Positions 48,580-62,984 of a stretch of DNA of 64,000 nucleotides are shown piece after piece (the stretch's first letter is position 1; the number at the start of each line of letters is the position of its first letter). Location: the NCBI GenBank assembly GCA_038087875.1, contig CM075997.1, forward strand, positions 124,001-188,000, written 5' to 3'. The position numbers were made by a program, and so were the translations under genes. Source of the stretch: Malacoraja senta. Lineage: Eukaryota. Under the pieces are notes generated by a model. The model ran no database searches. It was given only the letters and a program-made list of their open reading frames with translations, and had not been told where the DNA came from.

Positions 48580-51500
48580 CATGCCAATAATCATGGTTAA
48601 ACTAACTAACTATCCATGTTCTCCAGAGATGTTGCTAGAACTGCTGAGTTACTCTAGCAGCTTGTGTCCTCTTAGAAACATAGAAAATAGGTGCAGGAGT
48701 AGGCCATTCGGCCCTTCGAGCCAGCACGGCCATTCAATATGATCATGGCTGATCATCCTGAATCAATACCCTGTTCCTGCTTTCTCCCCATATCCCTTGA
48801 TTCCATTAGCCCGAAGAGCTTAATCCAACTCTCTCTTGAATACATTGACTTATTTTTGACATAGTTCAATGGCTTCTGATTTTGTACTCTTTTAAACAAG
48901 GGAGATGCATTTGCTGGTTTTCTAATCTCCTGATACCATCCAGCAATTCAAAAATCAACCAATGGGTCCATTATCTCTGCAGCCACATCCTTTAAAATCC
49001 TCTTGCACGGTTCATCTGGTCTTGAAGACTTGTCGGTCTCTAGCCGCCTGGGTTTCTTTAATACTTCTTCCATTGCAATTGGGATTTTAATACGTTCTAT
49101 CAGATTGAAATTAGCCTGTCTGATATCATACAGATATCAACAATGTCTTCCACAGTGAAAACTGATGCAAAAATTATGTTCAGTACATACTTCAACATTC
49201 TTTTAGAAGCAGGGAACTCATAAAGCAGGAATGATTAAAATAATGATAGACACACAGTGCTGGAGTAACTCAGCGGGTCAGGCAGCATCTGTGGAGAACA
49301 TGGATAGGTGACGTTTCACAGAGTGTTGGAGTAACTCAGCGGGTCAGGCAGCATCTGTGGAGAACATGGATAGGTGAAGTTTTGGGATCTTAAGAAGAAG
49401 TTATTTGACATGCTTGCCAAGAAGATGCACATAATCTCTTGCCCAGAGTAGGGGAATCGAGGACCAGAGGATATAAGTTCCAGGTGAAGGGGAAAAGGTT
49501 TAATAGATTTAATAGGAATTAGTTTAGTTTAGTTTAGCTTAGTTTTGTTTATTGTCACGTGTACTGAGGTACAGTGAGAAGCTCTTGTTTGCATGCTATC
49601 CAGTAAAAAAACAAACAATACATGATTACAATCAAATCGTCCACATTGCACGGATAAAAGATAAAGGATACTACATTCAGTGCACAACAAAGTCCGATTA
49701 AAGGTAGTTCAAAGATCTACAATGAGATAGAGGGGAGATAGACAAAAGTGCTGGAGAAACTCAGCGGGTGCAGCAGCATCTATGGAGCGAAGGAAATTGG
49801 CGACGTTTCATGCCGAAACCCTTCTTCAGACTGGAGGTCAGGACCACACTCTAGCTGAGGAGAGGGCAGTTCAGTTACCTGATAACAGCTGGCAAGAAAC
49901 TGTCCCTGAATCTGGAGGAATGCTCTTCAAAACATGTCCCGTTGTCTACAAGGTGACTTAGCATTGAAACATAGAAAAGAGTTGCAGGAGTAGGCCATTC
50001 GGCCCTTCAGGCCAGCACCCCCATCCAAATTTCGTTTGAACTTAGGTTCAAATGACAACAAATAAATTGTATCATTGTATCATATGATCATGGCTGATCA
50101 TCCAAAATCAGTGGCCCATTCCTGCTTTCTCCCCATTTCCCTTCATTCCGTTAGCCCGAAGAGCTACAGTATATCTAACTCTCTCTTGAATACATTTGAT
50201 CTGAACTTGAATACATCATTAGCTGAGGCAAGGGGCTGTAGACATGCAAAAATCATTATGCATACTCCATTAAATAGTTCCACCATCAAAACCCTTTTAA
50301 AAACAGCATCATAGCATTGGAAGCTCCAAGTTGGAGTGAGTGTTCCTTGGTTCTTTGACCTTCGTTAATCAACAGGGCTTCGAATCTTTGGATGTTTATA
50401 TTTACTTACAGCTTGGTTTGCCAGAGAGTTTCCCTTAAATGGGGTGTCTGTGTGTTCACATCTGCTGGTTCTGAATATTAGAAGTGGGCACGGGTGACGC
50501 AGCAGGTAGTGTTGCTGATTACAATTAAGCTGTCCACAGTGCACAGATAAAGGAGAAAAGATGCAACATTTAGTGCGAGGATATAATATTGAAGTCTGAT
50601 AAAGTCCGATTGAAGATAGCTTACACGTTCCCAGTGAGGTAGATGGGAGGTCTGGACCACACTCTGGCTGATAAGAGGACCGTTCACTTGCCAGACAGCA
50701 AACAGCTGTGAAGAAACTGTCCCTAGATCTGGAGGTGTGCGTTTGTTTTCACACTTCTGTACCTCTTGTCTGATGGGAGAGGGGAGAAGAAGGAGTGAGA
50801 TTGGTCCTTGTTTATGCTGGTGGCCTTAGAGTCATAGTCACACAACATGGAAACAGGGCCTTAAGTCCAACATGTCCACGTCGACCAACATGCCCCATCT
50901 ACACTAGCCCCACCTGCCTGCATTTGGCCCGTATCCCTCTAAACCTATCCTATCCATGTCCCTGTCCAAACATTTTTCAAATGTTGTGATAAATGAGGCA
51001 GTGTGGTGTAGATGGAGTCTGAAGAAGGGTCTCAACGCGAAACCTCACCAATTCCTTCTCTCCAGAGATGCTCCCTGTCCCGTTGAGTTACTCCAGCTTT
51101 TAGTGTCTCAATGGAAGGGAGGCCGCTTTGTGACTCTACGTTGACCTAATTAATATTCTCTTCAATTTCCATTAACTATTCAATTTTTTTCCATGATCGC
51201 ACTTTCTCTCCAACACACCGAGGAACAATCTGACTTATGTTTAATTACTCAGCAATCAAACTACAACATTTAAAGCAAACTTCCTTTGAACACTTCAACC
51301 TGTTTACATAGCCCGGTAAATGTCAAACAAATCATTCTCCAATGATCAGAAAATCATTTGCAAAGGTGCTCCAAAACAGCAGTGATTTTAGTTTAGCTTA
51401 GTTTAGAGATACAGTGCGGCAACAGGCCCTTCATCCCAGCGAGTCCGCACCGACCAGCGATCCCCGCACACTAACTCTATCCTACACACACCAGGGACAA

Positions 51501-52303
51501 TTTACACATACACCAAGCCAATTAACCTACAAACCTGTACGTCTTTGGAGTGTGGGAGGAAACCGAAGATCTCGGAGAAAACCCACGCGGTCACGGTGAG
51601 AACGTGCAAACTCCGTACAGACAGCACCCGTAGTCGGGATGGAACCCGGGTCTCCGGCGCTGCAAGGCAGCAACTCTACCGCTGCGCCACCATGCTGCTG
51701 GAGTTCAGGTGATATTGAGGAGACCTGTTCGCTCAGACCCTTGTGGGAGAGTCTAGGACCAGAGGCCACAGCCTCACAGTTAAAGGATGTTCCTTTACGA
51801 AGGAGATGAGGAGGAATTTCTTTAGTCAGAGGGCGGTGAATCTGTGGAATTCTTTGAAACAGAAGGCTGCGGAGGCCAAGTCAATGGATATTTTTAAGCC
51901 AGATATAGATAGATTCTTGATTAGTACGGGTGTCAGGGGTTATGGGGAGAAGGCAGGAGAATGGGGATAGGTGGAAGAGATAGATCAGCCAATGGCAAAG
52001 TAGACTTGTTGGGCCGAATGGCCTATTTCTGCTCCTATCACTTATAACCTTATGACCTTATCTCCCGGTTGCTACTCACTTTAAACTCCCTCTCCCATTC
52101 CCACACTGAGCTCTCTGTCCTGGGCCTCCTCCACCGTCAGAGTGAGGTCACAGGCAAATTGGATGAACAACACCTCATGTTTCTCTTTAAAAAAAAAATT
52201 GTTGTATTAAAAAATAATATAAATTAATTTCAACACGATACAAAACCAAAAATACCAAAACCTTGGTGACATACCCACCATCATGTTACAAAATCATCAA
52301 ACA

Positions 52304-52443
52304 CCTGGGGTGGAAGATTGCAACCTTCACGTGGTCCGACCTGTTTCGACTAATGCAATCAACTCGACGTGCACAAACGGAAGATCAAATAGAACAAGTT
52401 GTCCAACAACTTTAGGCTGTGCACGCCATACGAAAGAAGATGA
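52304..52443 (+). mobile_element. 140-bp non-autonomous retroelement (Ingi/Vingi-like SINE), copy B
   Basis: 8-bp TSD ATCAAACA (52296-52303 and 52444-52451); same termini as copy A. Confidence 0.85.
52307..52360 (+). ncRNA. Predicted minimal HDV-like ribozyme (one P1 mismatch)
   Basis: GGGGTGG-AA-GATTGCA-ACC-TTCACGT-GGT-CCGACCT-GT-TTCG-ACTAA-TGCAATC. Confidence 0.7.
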
Positions 52444-55400
52444 ATCAAACAACTATTTCGCAAATATTCTAATAACTACTATACAACCCCAGTAAAGGGA
52501 CACTCATGTTTCTCTTGGGCAGCTTACAACCCAGCGATATGAACATTGACTTCTCTAACTTCAAGTAACCCTTGCATCCCCTCTCTCTCCATCCCTCCCC
52601 CTTCCTAGTTCTCCGACTAGTTTCACTGTCCTCCCGATTAAATATTACTGGTTGTACGCCTCGTTGTTACCTTCCCCTCAGCTAACAATGATCCATTCTA
52701 CATTTAACTTGGGTCATCGTCCCCTTTGATCTCTCGTTTTCACATCTTACCCTTCCATATTTCTGTCTCCCTCGCCCCTGACTCTCAGTCTTAAGAGGGG
52801 TCTTGACCCGAAACATCACCCATTCCTTCTCTCTAGAGATGCTGCCTGTCCCGCTGAGTTACTCCAGTATTTTGTGTCTTCGGTTTAAACCAGCATCTGC
52901 AGTTCCTTCTTCCCACACTCCTGCTACCCCTCCTATTCAATAACAACATAAATAACCTGCTGACCCAAGCAATATGTGTCGGAAGGAACTGCAGATAGAA
53001 GAGTCTCGACCCGAAACGTCACCCATTCCTTCTCTCCAGAGATGCTGCCTGTCCCGCTGAGTTACTCCAGTATTTTGTGCCTATCTTCAGTGTGAATTTT
53101 CTCTCTCCGGAAGATGTCACGACATCTGCCCTGTTATTAGCTGTCAAGTTATCGGACAGAATTTGCAACAATTACATTGGAACGAGGCCTGATCTACTCT
53201 TGCCCCTTAAGACTGACCCAGCAAATTCACCCAGGCGAGAAAAAACATGCCTCGTACAGATTAGATTTCTATTGACTTAAATTAAATGGGAATGGAAATA
53301 ACTGGAGCCATCCTCACGCATGTTGCTGGTGCGTTTCAGATAGAGGTCTGTTGATACTTACAGGAGCATTGCGTGTTCTCACCGTCCGATGAGATAACTA
53401 GGAAACCCACAGACAGAGATGTCAGGGCTGTGTTGATGGAGCTGTGATTTGTCCTGAGTGCAATGGGTTGATACAGATTGTTTTGCTTCAGTCATTTCAC
53501 TTTGTGCCGTCTATAATCAGTCGATCTGAAAGCTGCTTCGTTCACCACAACGCTCTTCCTCTGCTGGCCCAGGTGGGTGCAGACAGCGTTTGATTACTAC
53601 AGCTCTAGATGAACAGCTTTGTGCAGGGAACGCTCCAGTAGCTATCACATTGCGGCCAGCCTTAAAGGGGGTTTGTACCGCTCTGCGTACGAACCAGAGA
53701 TAGAAACATAGGAACGTAGAAAGTAGGAAGGAACTGCAGATGCTGGTTTAAACCGAAAATAGACACAAAAAGCTGGAGTAACTCAGCAGGACAGGCAGCA
53801 TCTCTGGAGAGAAGGAGTGGGTGACGTTTCAGGTCAAGTGTGAAGTCTGAAGGGTCGCAATCCGAAACGTCACCCATTCCTTCTCCCCATAGATGCTGCC
53901 TGTCCCGCTGAGTTACTCCTGCTTTTTGTGTCTATCTTCGGTTTAAACCAGCATCTGCAGTTCCTTCTTACACAACATGTCCCATCTACACTAGTCCCAC
54001 CTGCCTGCGTTTGGTCCATGTCTCTCCAAACCTGTCCTATCCATTTACCTGTCTAACTGTTTCTTAAACGTTGGGAAAGTCCCTACCTCAACTACCTCCT
54101 CTGGCAGCTGGTATAGTGAAAAATACAGCGAGAGGGAGAGAGGTGTCAGGCTGGGCTGCCAGCCGAACCACCCCGCTATAAGTTCCCTCAATGCGCGCCT
54201 GATTAAATAGCAGATAACCCTAACCTATCGTATTACTGTCTTTGCAAACTAAGTGAAACGTTATACAGCAGGGAGGCAGAGAGAGCTGCACCTGAACAAG
54301 AGCAAGAGGGGAACGCAAGGTCAGATTGGTTTGTTTGACATGACCATCAGGGCCACCAACTCTGGGGAGTTGCAAATGTCATTCGGGTCAAAAAATCACA
54401 GAGCCAGCTATATCGCAACTGTCCCGTCAAGGAGAGGTGATGAAACATTTCCGTTATTCCTACATTCTATCCCGATCGCCTTCCATACAGAGTGGACGGC
54501 ACAGTGGTGCTGCTGCCTCACAGCACCAGAGACCCAGGTTCGATCCTGACTACAGGTGCTGGCTGTACGGAGATATCTTTATACCAAAGATAGACACACA
54601 ATGCTGGAGTAACTCGGCAGGTCAGGCAGCATCAGGTCAGGCAGAAAAGGAATGGGTGACGTTAAGTCGGTTCACTGAAGTGTGAAGAAGGGTTTCGGCC
54701 CGAAAAGTTGCCCATTTCCTTCGCTCCATAGATGCTGCCTCACCCGCTGAGTTTCTCCAGCATTTTTGTCTACCTTCGATTTTCCAGCATCTGCAGTTCC
54801 TTCTTAAAGATCACTGAATTGTCTGAAGTGGGTTTCGAACCAGCTCTTCACTGAGCCCCCAGGTGACACTTGCCCACCTGTCCCGCATTCTACAGGTAAC
54901 ATAGAGTTCTGTTCCCTTAGCCACACCAGATCGAGACTTCTGATAATCACTGGCAGATCAGTTTATTGTTTTGGAATATTGTTTCAACAAATGATAAGGA
55001 CAAACAGAGGAACTCAGCACTCTCTAAACTTAAATAAGGGCACTGCCTGCTGCTGACAGCTCATTCTAGAAAATTCCACTGTGGCTCCCACAAAAATAAT
55101 CTTGGATTCCGGACCAGAAACTCTTTCAAAGAGAGCATCTAATCTTCATAAGTTCGTTTCATAAGTGATAGGAGTAAAATTAGGGCATTCGGCCCATCAA
55201 TACTACTCTACCATTCAACTATGGCTGGTCTATCTCTCCCTCCAAATCCCATTCTCCTGCCTTCTCCCCATTACCTCTGACACCCGCACTAATCATGGGG
55301 TTAGGAGGGAGAGATAGATCAGCCACGATTGAATGGCAGAGCAGACTTGATGGGCCGAATGGCCCAATTCTGCTCGAATCTCTTTTGATCTTATGATCAA

Positions 55401-56341
55401 CTGTGGTCTGTCGGTCCCGAAGCCCAGAAACTAGTGGCAGATGGAGGCCTGAAGATCAGCGTGCAACGTATTAATCATGAGCTTATTGACAATGATGGTG
55501 TTGAAGGTTGAGCTGAAGTTAACCAACAGCATCTTGACGTAGGTGATCTGATTGTCCAGGTAGTCAGTGCGGACACGGTGGGCCGAAGGGCCTGTATCCG
55601 CATTCTATCCATCTATCTAACTAAATATATCCATTGACAGCCTCCACAGCCTTCTGTGGCAATTAAATCCACAGATTCACTACCTTCTGACTAAAGAATT
55701 GTAAAATTGTACCGAGTGTGTAGGATAGTGCTAATGTACGGGGTGATTGCTGGTTGGGGCTGACTCGGAGGGCCGAAGGGCCTGTTTCCGCGCTGTATTT
55801 CTACAGTCTAAATTTGAAAGCAAGGTTTGAACACCAGAGGCAAAGCTTTTACAGTGCCGTCCCTCTGTCGAGATGCTGTTGTAAACGGAAGGTGTTGAGC
55901 AGGAAACTGAGAGGAGCTCTCTCCAACCAGCTGGGTGACAGGAAGCTCATCATGGTGGCAACCCTAGGCCGGCACTGCGTGCATCGTTGCTAACGAAGAT
56001 TAGCCCGTCGCCATGCAAGCAGCAGGGGGTGAAGCAGAACAAGGCGACTCCAGTGTAGGGTGAGGCCAGAGTTACAGTCGCTGTGCTCAGCCCAACTGCT
56101 CCAAGTCTTGGCTGCAGTTCCGTGGATTGCATTAACTCGTTAAATAAGAGAATCAGTGGAGACTTGCCAAGGAATTCTTTATCACTCAGTGGGTGGCAGG
56201 CAATGGAACACACCATCTAAGTGAAGACTTTCACAATATTTAAGAAATATCTGGACAGCAGATACATCTTAAAATTACGATATAAAATAAAATGAATCAA
56301 TATTTTTTTCCATCAAAATACACCCCCTCTCTTCTGAAGAT

Positions 56342-56670
56342 TCAAGATTCAAGAGAGTTTATTGTCATGTGCCCCAGATAGGACCTCTACTTGTGAGTGG
56401 CCACTTGTGTGGATCCTTGATGATGCTGCCAGCCTTTTTGAGGCAGCGACTGCGATAGATCCCATCGATGGTAGGGAGGTCAGAGCCGATGATGGACTGG
56501 GCAGTGTTTACAACTTTTTGCAGTATTTTCCGCTCCTGGGCGCTCAAGCTGCCGAACCAAGCCACGATGCAACCGGTCAGCATTCTCTCTACTGTGCACC
56601 TGTAGATGTTCGAGAGAGTCCTCCTTGACATCCCGACTCTCCGTAATCTTCTCAGGAAGTAGAGGCGCTG
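56342..56670 (-). mobile_element. Rex1/Babar-type LINE RT fragment
   Basis: LSNIYRCTVERMLTGCIVAWFG...LQKVVNTAQSIIGSDLPTIDGIYRSRCLKKAGSIIKDP. Confidence 0.85.
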
Positions 56671-58545
56671 TGGAAGGGTTCCATCTCAGGATGTCCGTCT
56701 ATTCCCTCCACAGATGCTGCCTGACCCTTTGAGTTCCTCTGGCATCTTCAATGAATTCTTAATTGACATGAAGCAGTGGTCTAAGGAAGTTGAGAGTCTG
56801 GTTTAGTTTAGTTTAGACCGAAGATAGACACAAAAAGCTGGAGTAACTCAGTGGAACAGGCAGCATCTCTGCAGGGAAGGAATGGGTGACGTTTCGGGTC
56901 GAGACCCTTCAGGGTCTCGACCCGAAACGTCACCCATTCCTTCTCTCCAGAGATGCTGCCTCCACCTCTGAGTTACTCCAGCTTTTTGTGTCTATCTTCG
57001 GTTTAAACCAGCATCTACAGTTCCATCTTACACAAGCCATGGATGTTGCCTGCACAATAGCTGAACTGCTAACCATTGGAATGTCTCACGCGTGGCGTGC
57101 TGCCCATTTCCACATGTGTTTGGGGAGGAGGCAGTGGTTCAGTTCAGTAGATTCTCAGTTGAGGTCCATCCCAACAAAACTACACAATAACTCCATGCTT
57201 TAAGCACATTAAAGTTATGATCTTTTCCTGTGTCATCATTCAGTCTTTGGAGTTGAATGTCTTTGACAATCAAGTCTATTTTTCCAGCATAATAAATAGG
57301 AACACATTGTACCCAAAGCACCCAAATGCATTAGATGCAGCGTTTTTGATTTACAAATTTGGCTCAACAGTGAATTCCAGCGTTGTACTTTTCCTTATAA
57401 ATTGAGCAATGGCTGTCAAGTCTTTGAGGCAAACATATTTTGATGAAAGACCATTGATCTGACACATTAACTTTGTTTTTCTTTCCACACATGCTGCCTG
57501 CCCTACTGGGTGTTTCCAGTATTTTCCTTTCTGCTGGAGACTTTAGAGTCACAGGGTCTTAGACTCATACATCACGGAAACAGGCCCTTCGGCCTAACTT
57601 GGCCATGCCAACCAAGATGCCCCATCTAAGGTAGATTTAGAGATTTAGATTACAGTGCGGAAGCAGACCCTTCAGCCCAAACCAGTTCCATGTTATCCCA
57701 CTTTCACACCCTACACGCCAGGGGCAATTTGCAGAAGCCAATTAACCTCCAAACCTGCACGTCTTTGAGATGTGGGAGGAAACCAGAGTACCCGGAGGAA
57801 ACTCACGTGGTCACAGGGAGAACGTGCAAACTCCGTACAGGCAGCGCCCACAGTTAAAATTCCACACAGTCAGGATCGAACCCGAGTCCCAGGTGTTGTA
57901 AGGCAGCAGCTCTACCGCTGCGACACCACACCACCTCTGACATACACCCACCACCCTCTGCATAGCAGTTGCCCCTCAGGATCCTATTAAATCCTTTCCC
58001 TATCGCTTTCAACCTATGCCCACTAGTTCTTGATCCCCCTACCATAGGAATATGTCCAGGAAGGAACTGCAGTTGCTGGTTTAAACTGAAGATAGACACA
58101 AAAAGCTGGACAAACTCAGCGTCACAGGCAGCATCTCTGGAGAGAAGGAATGGGTGACGGTCTGCAGAAAGGTCTCGACCCGGAACGCCACCATGAAAGG
58201 GACAAGTTTTAATATGGACCTGAGGGGCAACCTTTTCACTCTGGCTGTGGTGGGTGTATGGAATGAGGAGGTAGTTGAGGCAGATACTATAACATCATGT
58301 ATCGACACTTGGATAGGTGTATGGATAGCGAAGGTTTTGGGGGATATGGACAAAACGCAGGCAGGTGGGACTAGATTAGATTGTGCACCATGGTCGGTAT
58401 TGACGAGTTGGGCCGAAGGGACTGTTTCCATGCTGTATGGTTCTATGACTCCATGAAAGGGCTTGCGGGGCTGAACGGTCTCTGCCTGTTTCTGTGTTCC
58501 TTGACCGTCCATTGCCCTTCCTGTGTACAGAACCCTCCTCGCTCT

Positions 58546-59012
58546 GGCAGGCAAATCAGATCACTTCTATAGGACGTGGTCTTCATTTATAGAACTACTA
58601 CAAGCATAAGGTGCAACAGTACTTTAAAAAGGTACCGATGTCAGGACTTGGTAAAGGGGGATGAAAGGTGGCGAGCTGGTATATCCCATTTGCTTGATGT
58701 TCATAATAGAGTTATCTGTTTTTTTCTCTTTTCGCTTCTTTCTCTTTTTTCTTTCCTAGGGTCTATCTCTTAATCTCTTTTCTCTAATTTCTCGTCTACA
58801 GGGTCTTTCTTCTTTCCCTTTGACACGCTTTTACACTAACACTATTTTCTTTCACTTTCTCTTTCTTCTCAATTTCAACCTTTTTTTTTCAATAGCTTTA
58901 AAAAATGAAGGAGTACATTAATTGTAATAAGATATACGCGGTGTGCACTAATGTAATTGTTTGTAATTTAATGTACTTCTAATAAATAAAATTAAAAAAA
59001 AGAAAGAAAAAG
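58546..59012 (+). mobile_element. L1/Tx1-type LINE 3' end
   Basis: ORF end FYRTWSSFIELLQA*, T-rich UTR, AATAAA plus A-rich tail; flanked by near-duplicate AGAACCCTCCT(C/T)GCTC. Confidence 0.65.
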
Positions 59013-61833
59013 AGAACCCTCCTTGCTCGCACGTTCGTGCGTCCAGTGCTGTCTTGATGCATCACAGATGATCTCCTCGGTTTTGGCGGGGCCTGTTTTA
59101 CACCCTTGGCCAAGCCAAACACCATCTGGAAGAGGTTTTAAGAAAGACAGTGCAACTTTGCAAGGGAACCTGCCTTTGAGTCTGCATCACTTGACCTAGT
59201 TACTGGAACCAAGCCTTTGCTCAATATTAACTCCCGATCCCCCTCATTGTGAAGCTCAGGACCAGGAGCCATGCTGGGCCAAATGGTGCCGTATTTAATA
59301 GACAATAGGTGCAGGAGTAGGCCATTCGGCCCTTCGAGCCAGCACTGACGGGTAGGAATCTGAGCGGTAACTTTTTCACACAAAGGGTGGTGGGTGTACG
59401 GAACAAGCTGCTAGAGGAGGTAGTTGAGGCTGGGACTATCCCATCGTTTAAGAAACAGTTAGACAGGTGCATGGATATGACAGGTTTGGAGGGATATGGA
59501 CCAAGCGCAGGCAGGTGGGACTAGTGTAGATGGGGCATGTTGGCCGGTGTGGTAAGTTGGGCCGAAGGGCCTGTTTCCACACTGTATCATTCTATGAATC
59601 TATGAGAATGGGAAACTGAATGTACTGAGGGATCCAAGTCCATCGACACAGTGGTGCAGCGGGTAGAGCTGCTGCCTCACAGCGACAGTTTGCATGCCCT
59701 CCCAGTGAATGGGGTTGAGAGGGAGAGATAGATCAGCCATGATTGAATGGCATAGTGAACTTGATGGGCCAAATGGCCTAATTCTGCTCCTAGAACCTAT
59801 GACCTTATGAACTTATTAAATTTGAATTTGATTGGTTGCAAAATCGAAAACACAAAGGGGGTTGGGGTGGGGTGGGAGGGGAGGGGCTGGGCGTGGTACA
59901 CAAGGAACTGCAGATGCTGGAATGTTGAGTGAAACACAAAGTGCCGGAGGAACTTTAAGGGTCAGGCAGCATCTGTGGAGGGAATAGACAGACAACATTC
60001 TGAGATGGGACCCTTCTTCGGACTTCTTCAGAGAGGGGGGGGGGGAGGATTATTATTGATGGAAAAACTTGTATATCTTGATAAATTTATCAATTGGTTT
60101 AATTAATATATTGGTACATTTATTGATATTTTGTCGACAGAAATAAGCACTGCCAAAATACCCACTGCCCAGTGAAGTGTAGGATCTGGAAAGTGCTGCC
60201 AGGGGTGGTGGTGGAGACAGGTAGATACATGTATACGCAAGAATATGGATTATGTGTAGGCTGATAAGAGTTGATCTAGGAGTCATGTCCAGCACAGACA
60301 TTGTGGGCCGAATGGTCTGATCTTGTTTGGTTTAGTTTAGAGATGCAGTCTAAAAACAGGCCCTTCGGCCCACCAAATCAACGCCGACCATCGATCACCC
60401 GCTCACACTAGTTCTGTATGTTATCCCACTGCCTACACACTAGAGGCAATTTACAGATGGCCAATTAACCTACAAACCCCTACAAACGTCTCTGGAATGT
60501 AAATGAAAACCGGAGCACCCGGAAGAAACCCAGGGAGAATGTGCAATCTCCACACACAGCAGTACCCGAGGTCAGGATCGAATCCGGGTCTTTGGTGCCG
60601 TGAGGTAGCGTCTCTAACTGTACCGCCACTGTGCCACCCCACATACTAGCTCCAAGATGGTGCCCAACCCAGTCTGAAGAAAGGTTTCGGCCCGAAACGT
60701 TGCCTATTTCCTTCGTTCCATAGATGCTGCCGCACCTGCTGAGTTTCTCCAGCACTTTTGTCTACCCAGGCAACTATTTGTGTGCTCGCCACAGAAGCAA
60801 TCTACAATCGCTCTACACTCTTAAATCTCAACTTTTACAGACTTTCCCATGCACTAAACGTTATCCCCTTATCATGTATCTGTACACTGTAATTGGCTCG
60901 ATTGTAATCATGTATTGCCTTTCTACTGACTGGTTAGCACGCAACAAAAGCTTTTCACTGTACCTTGGTGATGATCATCAGTGATCATCCACAATCAGTA
61001 CCCCGTTCCTGCTTTTCCCCCATATCCCCTGATTCCATTAGACCTATGAGCTAAATCTAACTCTCTCTTGAAAACATCAAGTGAATTGACCTCCACTGCC
61101 TTCTGTGGCAGAGAATTCCACAGATTCACAACTCTCTGGGTGAAAATGTTTTTCCTCACCTCAGTACTAAATGGCCTACCCATTATTAAACTGTGACCCC
61201 TGGTTCTGGACTCCCCCAACATGGGGAACATTTTTCCTGCATCTAGCCTGTCCAATCCCTTAAGAATTGTATATGTTTCTATAAGATCCAATATTCTATT
61301 GGCATAGGTAGACAAAAGTGCTGGAGAAACTCAGCGGGTGCGGAAGCATCTATGGAGCGAAGGAAATAGGCAACGTTTCGGGCCGAAGCCCTTCTTCAGA
61401 CCTTCTTCAAACATTCTATTGCCATTCCTGGTTCCTTGTGTTTAAACCCTGCAACACGACTTGAACTCATCTCCTTCCAACTCAGAAGCAGGAATGTATC
61501 ACAGGCTGACCCTCCTGTGCTAATATAACCACAGACCCACTCTTGCTGCCAAATTATCCGAAATCTGAGGTTTTGTGGAGAAAGTTGAGCATTTCACAGG
61601 AAGCCAGGGAACTGAATCTAATTAAGTTCATGGGACATAGAGAGATAGATGACAGTGCAGAGGTCCTATCTGATTCTGTGTAAAGGAAACAGATGTAGAG
61701 AGGTACAAGGACTTCTGTGGTGCCCTGGCTGACTACACTCCCTCAGTTCAATCACCAACCAATGACTCACCTCATTAAGATAGGCACCGGAGAAAACGCA
61801 CGCAGTCATAAAGAGAACGCACAACACCCCGTA

Positions 61834-62033
61834 NNNNNNNNNNNNNNNNNNNNNNNNNNNNNNNNNNNNNNNNNNNNNNNNNNNNNNNNNNNNNNNNNNN
61901 NNNNNNNNNNNNNNNNNNNNNNNNNNNNNNNNNNNNNNNNNNNNNNNNNNNNNNNNNNNNNNNNNNNNNNNNNNNNNNNNNNNNNNNNNNNNNNNNNNNN
62001 NNNNNNNNNNNNNNNNNNNNNNNNNNNNNNNNN
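61834..62033. other. Assembly gap (200 N)
   Basis: N run. Confidence 1.
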
Positions 62034-62237
62034 AAAGTGCAAATAAACAGATAATGGTCTATTAATGTTCAGAGTTTTGTCCGAGCCAAGTTTAATAGCC
62101 TGATGGCTGTGGGGAAGTAGCTATTCCTGAACCTGGTCGTTGCAGTCTTCAGGCTCCTGTACCTTCTACCTGAAGGTAGCGGGGAGATGAGTGTGCGGCC
62201 AGGATGGTGTGGGTCCTTGATGATGCTGCCAGCCTTT

Positions 62238-62593
62238 TTAACGGTTTGGACACGCTAGAGGCAGGAAACATGTTCCCGATGTTGGGGGAGTCCAGAACCG
62301 GGGGCCACAGTTTAAGAATAAGGGGTAAGCCATTTAGAACGGTGACGAGGAAACACTTTTTCTCACAGAGAGTTGTGAGTCTGTGGAATTCTCTGCCTCA
62401 GAGGGCGGTGGAGGCCGGTTCTCTGGATGCTTTCAAGAGAGAGCTAGATAGGGCTCTTAAAAATAGCGGAGTCAGGGGATATGGGGAGAAGGCAGGAACG
62501 GGGTACTGATTGGGGATGATCAGCCATGATCACATTGAATGGCGGTGCTGGCTCGAAGGGCCGAATGGCCTCCTCCTGCACCTATTGTCTATT
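62238..62593 (+). mobile_element. CR1-type LINE 3' fragment
   Basis: GLDTLEAGNMFPMLGESRTGGHSLRIRG...[10 protein letters not shown]; other CR1 fragments at approx 28826-29131, 29655-29965, 31400-31880, 41260-41632, 43100-43455, 51743-52055, 60968-61290. Confidence 0.85.
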
Positions 62594-62984
62594 GTACAAG
62601 ATGCCAACCAGAATCTGAAGAAGGGTCTCGACCCGAAACGTCACCCATTCCTACTCTCCAGAGATGCTGCCTGTCCCGCTGAGTTACTCCACCACTTTTC
62701 TGTCTCTTTAACCAAAATTAAATACCTACTTGTTCTAACGTAGAAACAAAGACCTGCAGGCGCTGGTTAACACACAGACAAGATATAAATTAAACTTATC
62801 TCCTCTGCCTGCACATGTTGCATGATCCTTACATCCCCATTCCAAGAGTTTGGAAAGTTTTGTGGGGCTCGACAGAATTTTTTTTTTCAGTTAACTTGTG
62901 TTGGAGTGATGTAATTGAATGGATTTTTATTTTGGACAATAGACAATAGGTGCAGGAGTAGGCCATTCGGCCCTTCGAGCCAGC

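Larger units (their letters stand above)
52061..52915 (+). mobile_element. Penelope-like element 3' remnant interrupted by nested insertions
   Basis: Same GIY-YIG C-terminal sequence as 32951-33130, split by 52188-52502 (TSD CTCATGTTTCTCTT). Confidence 0.78.
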
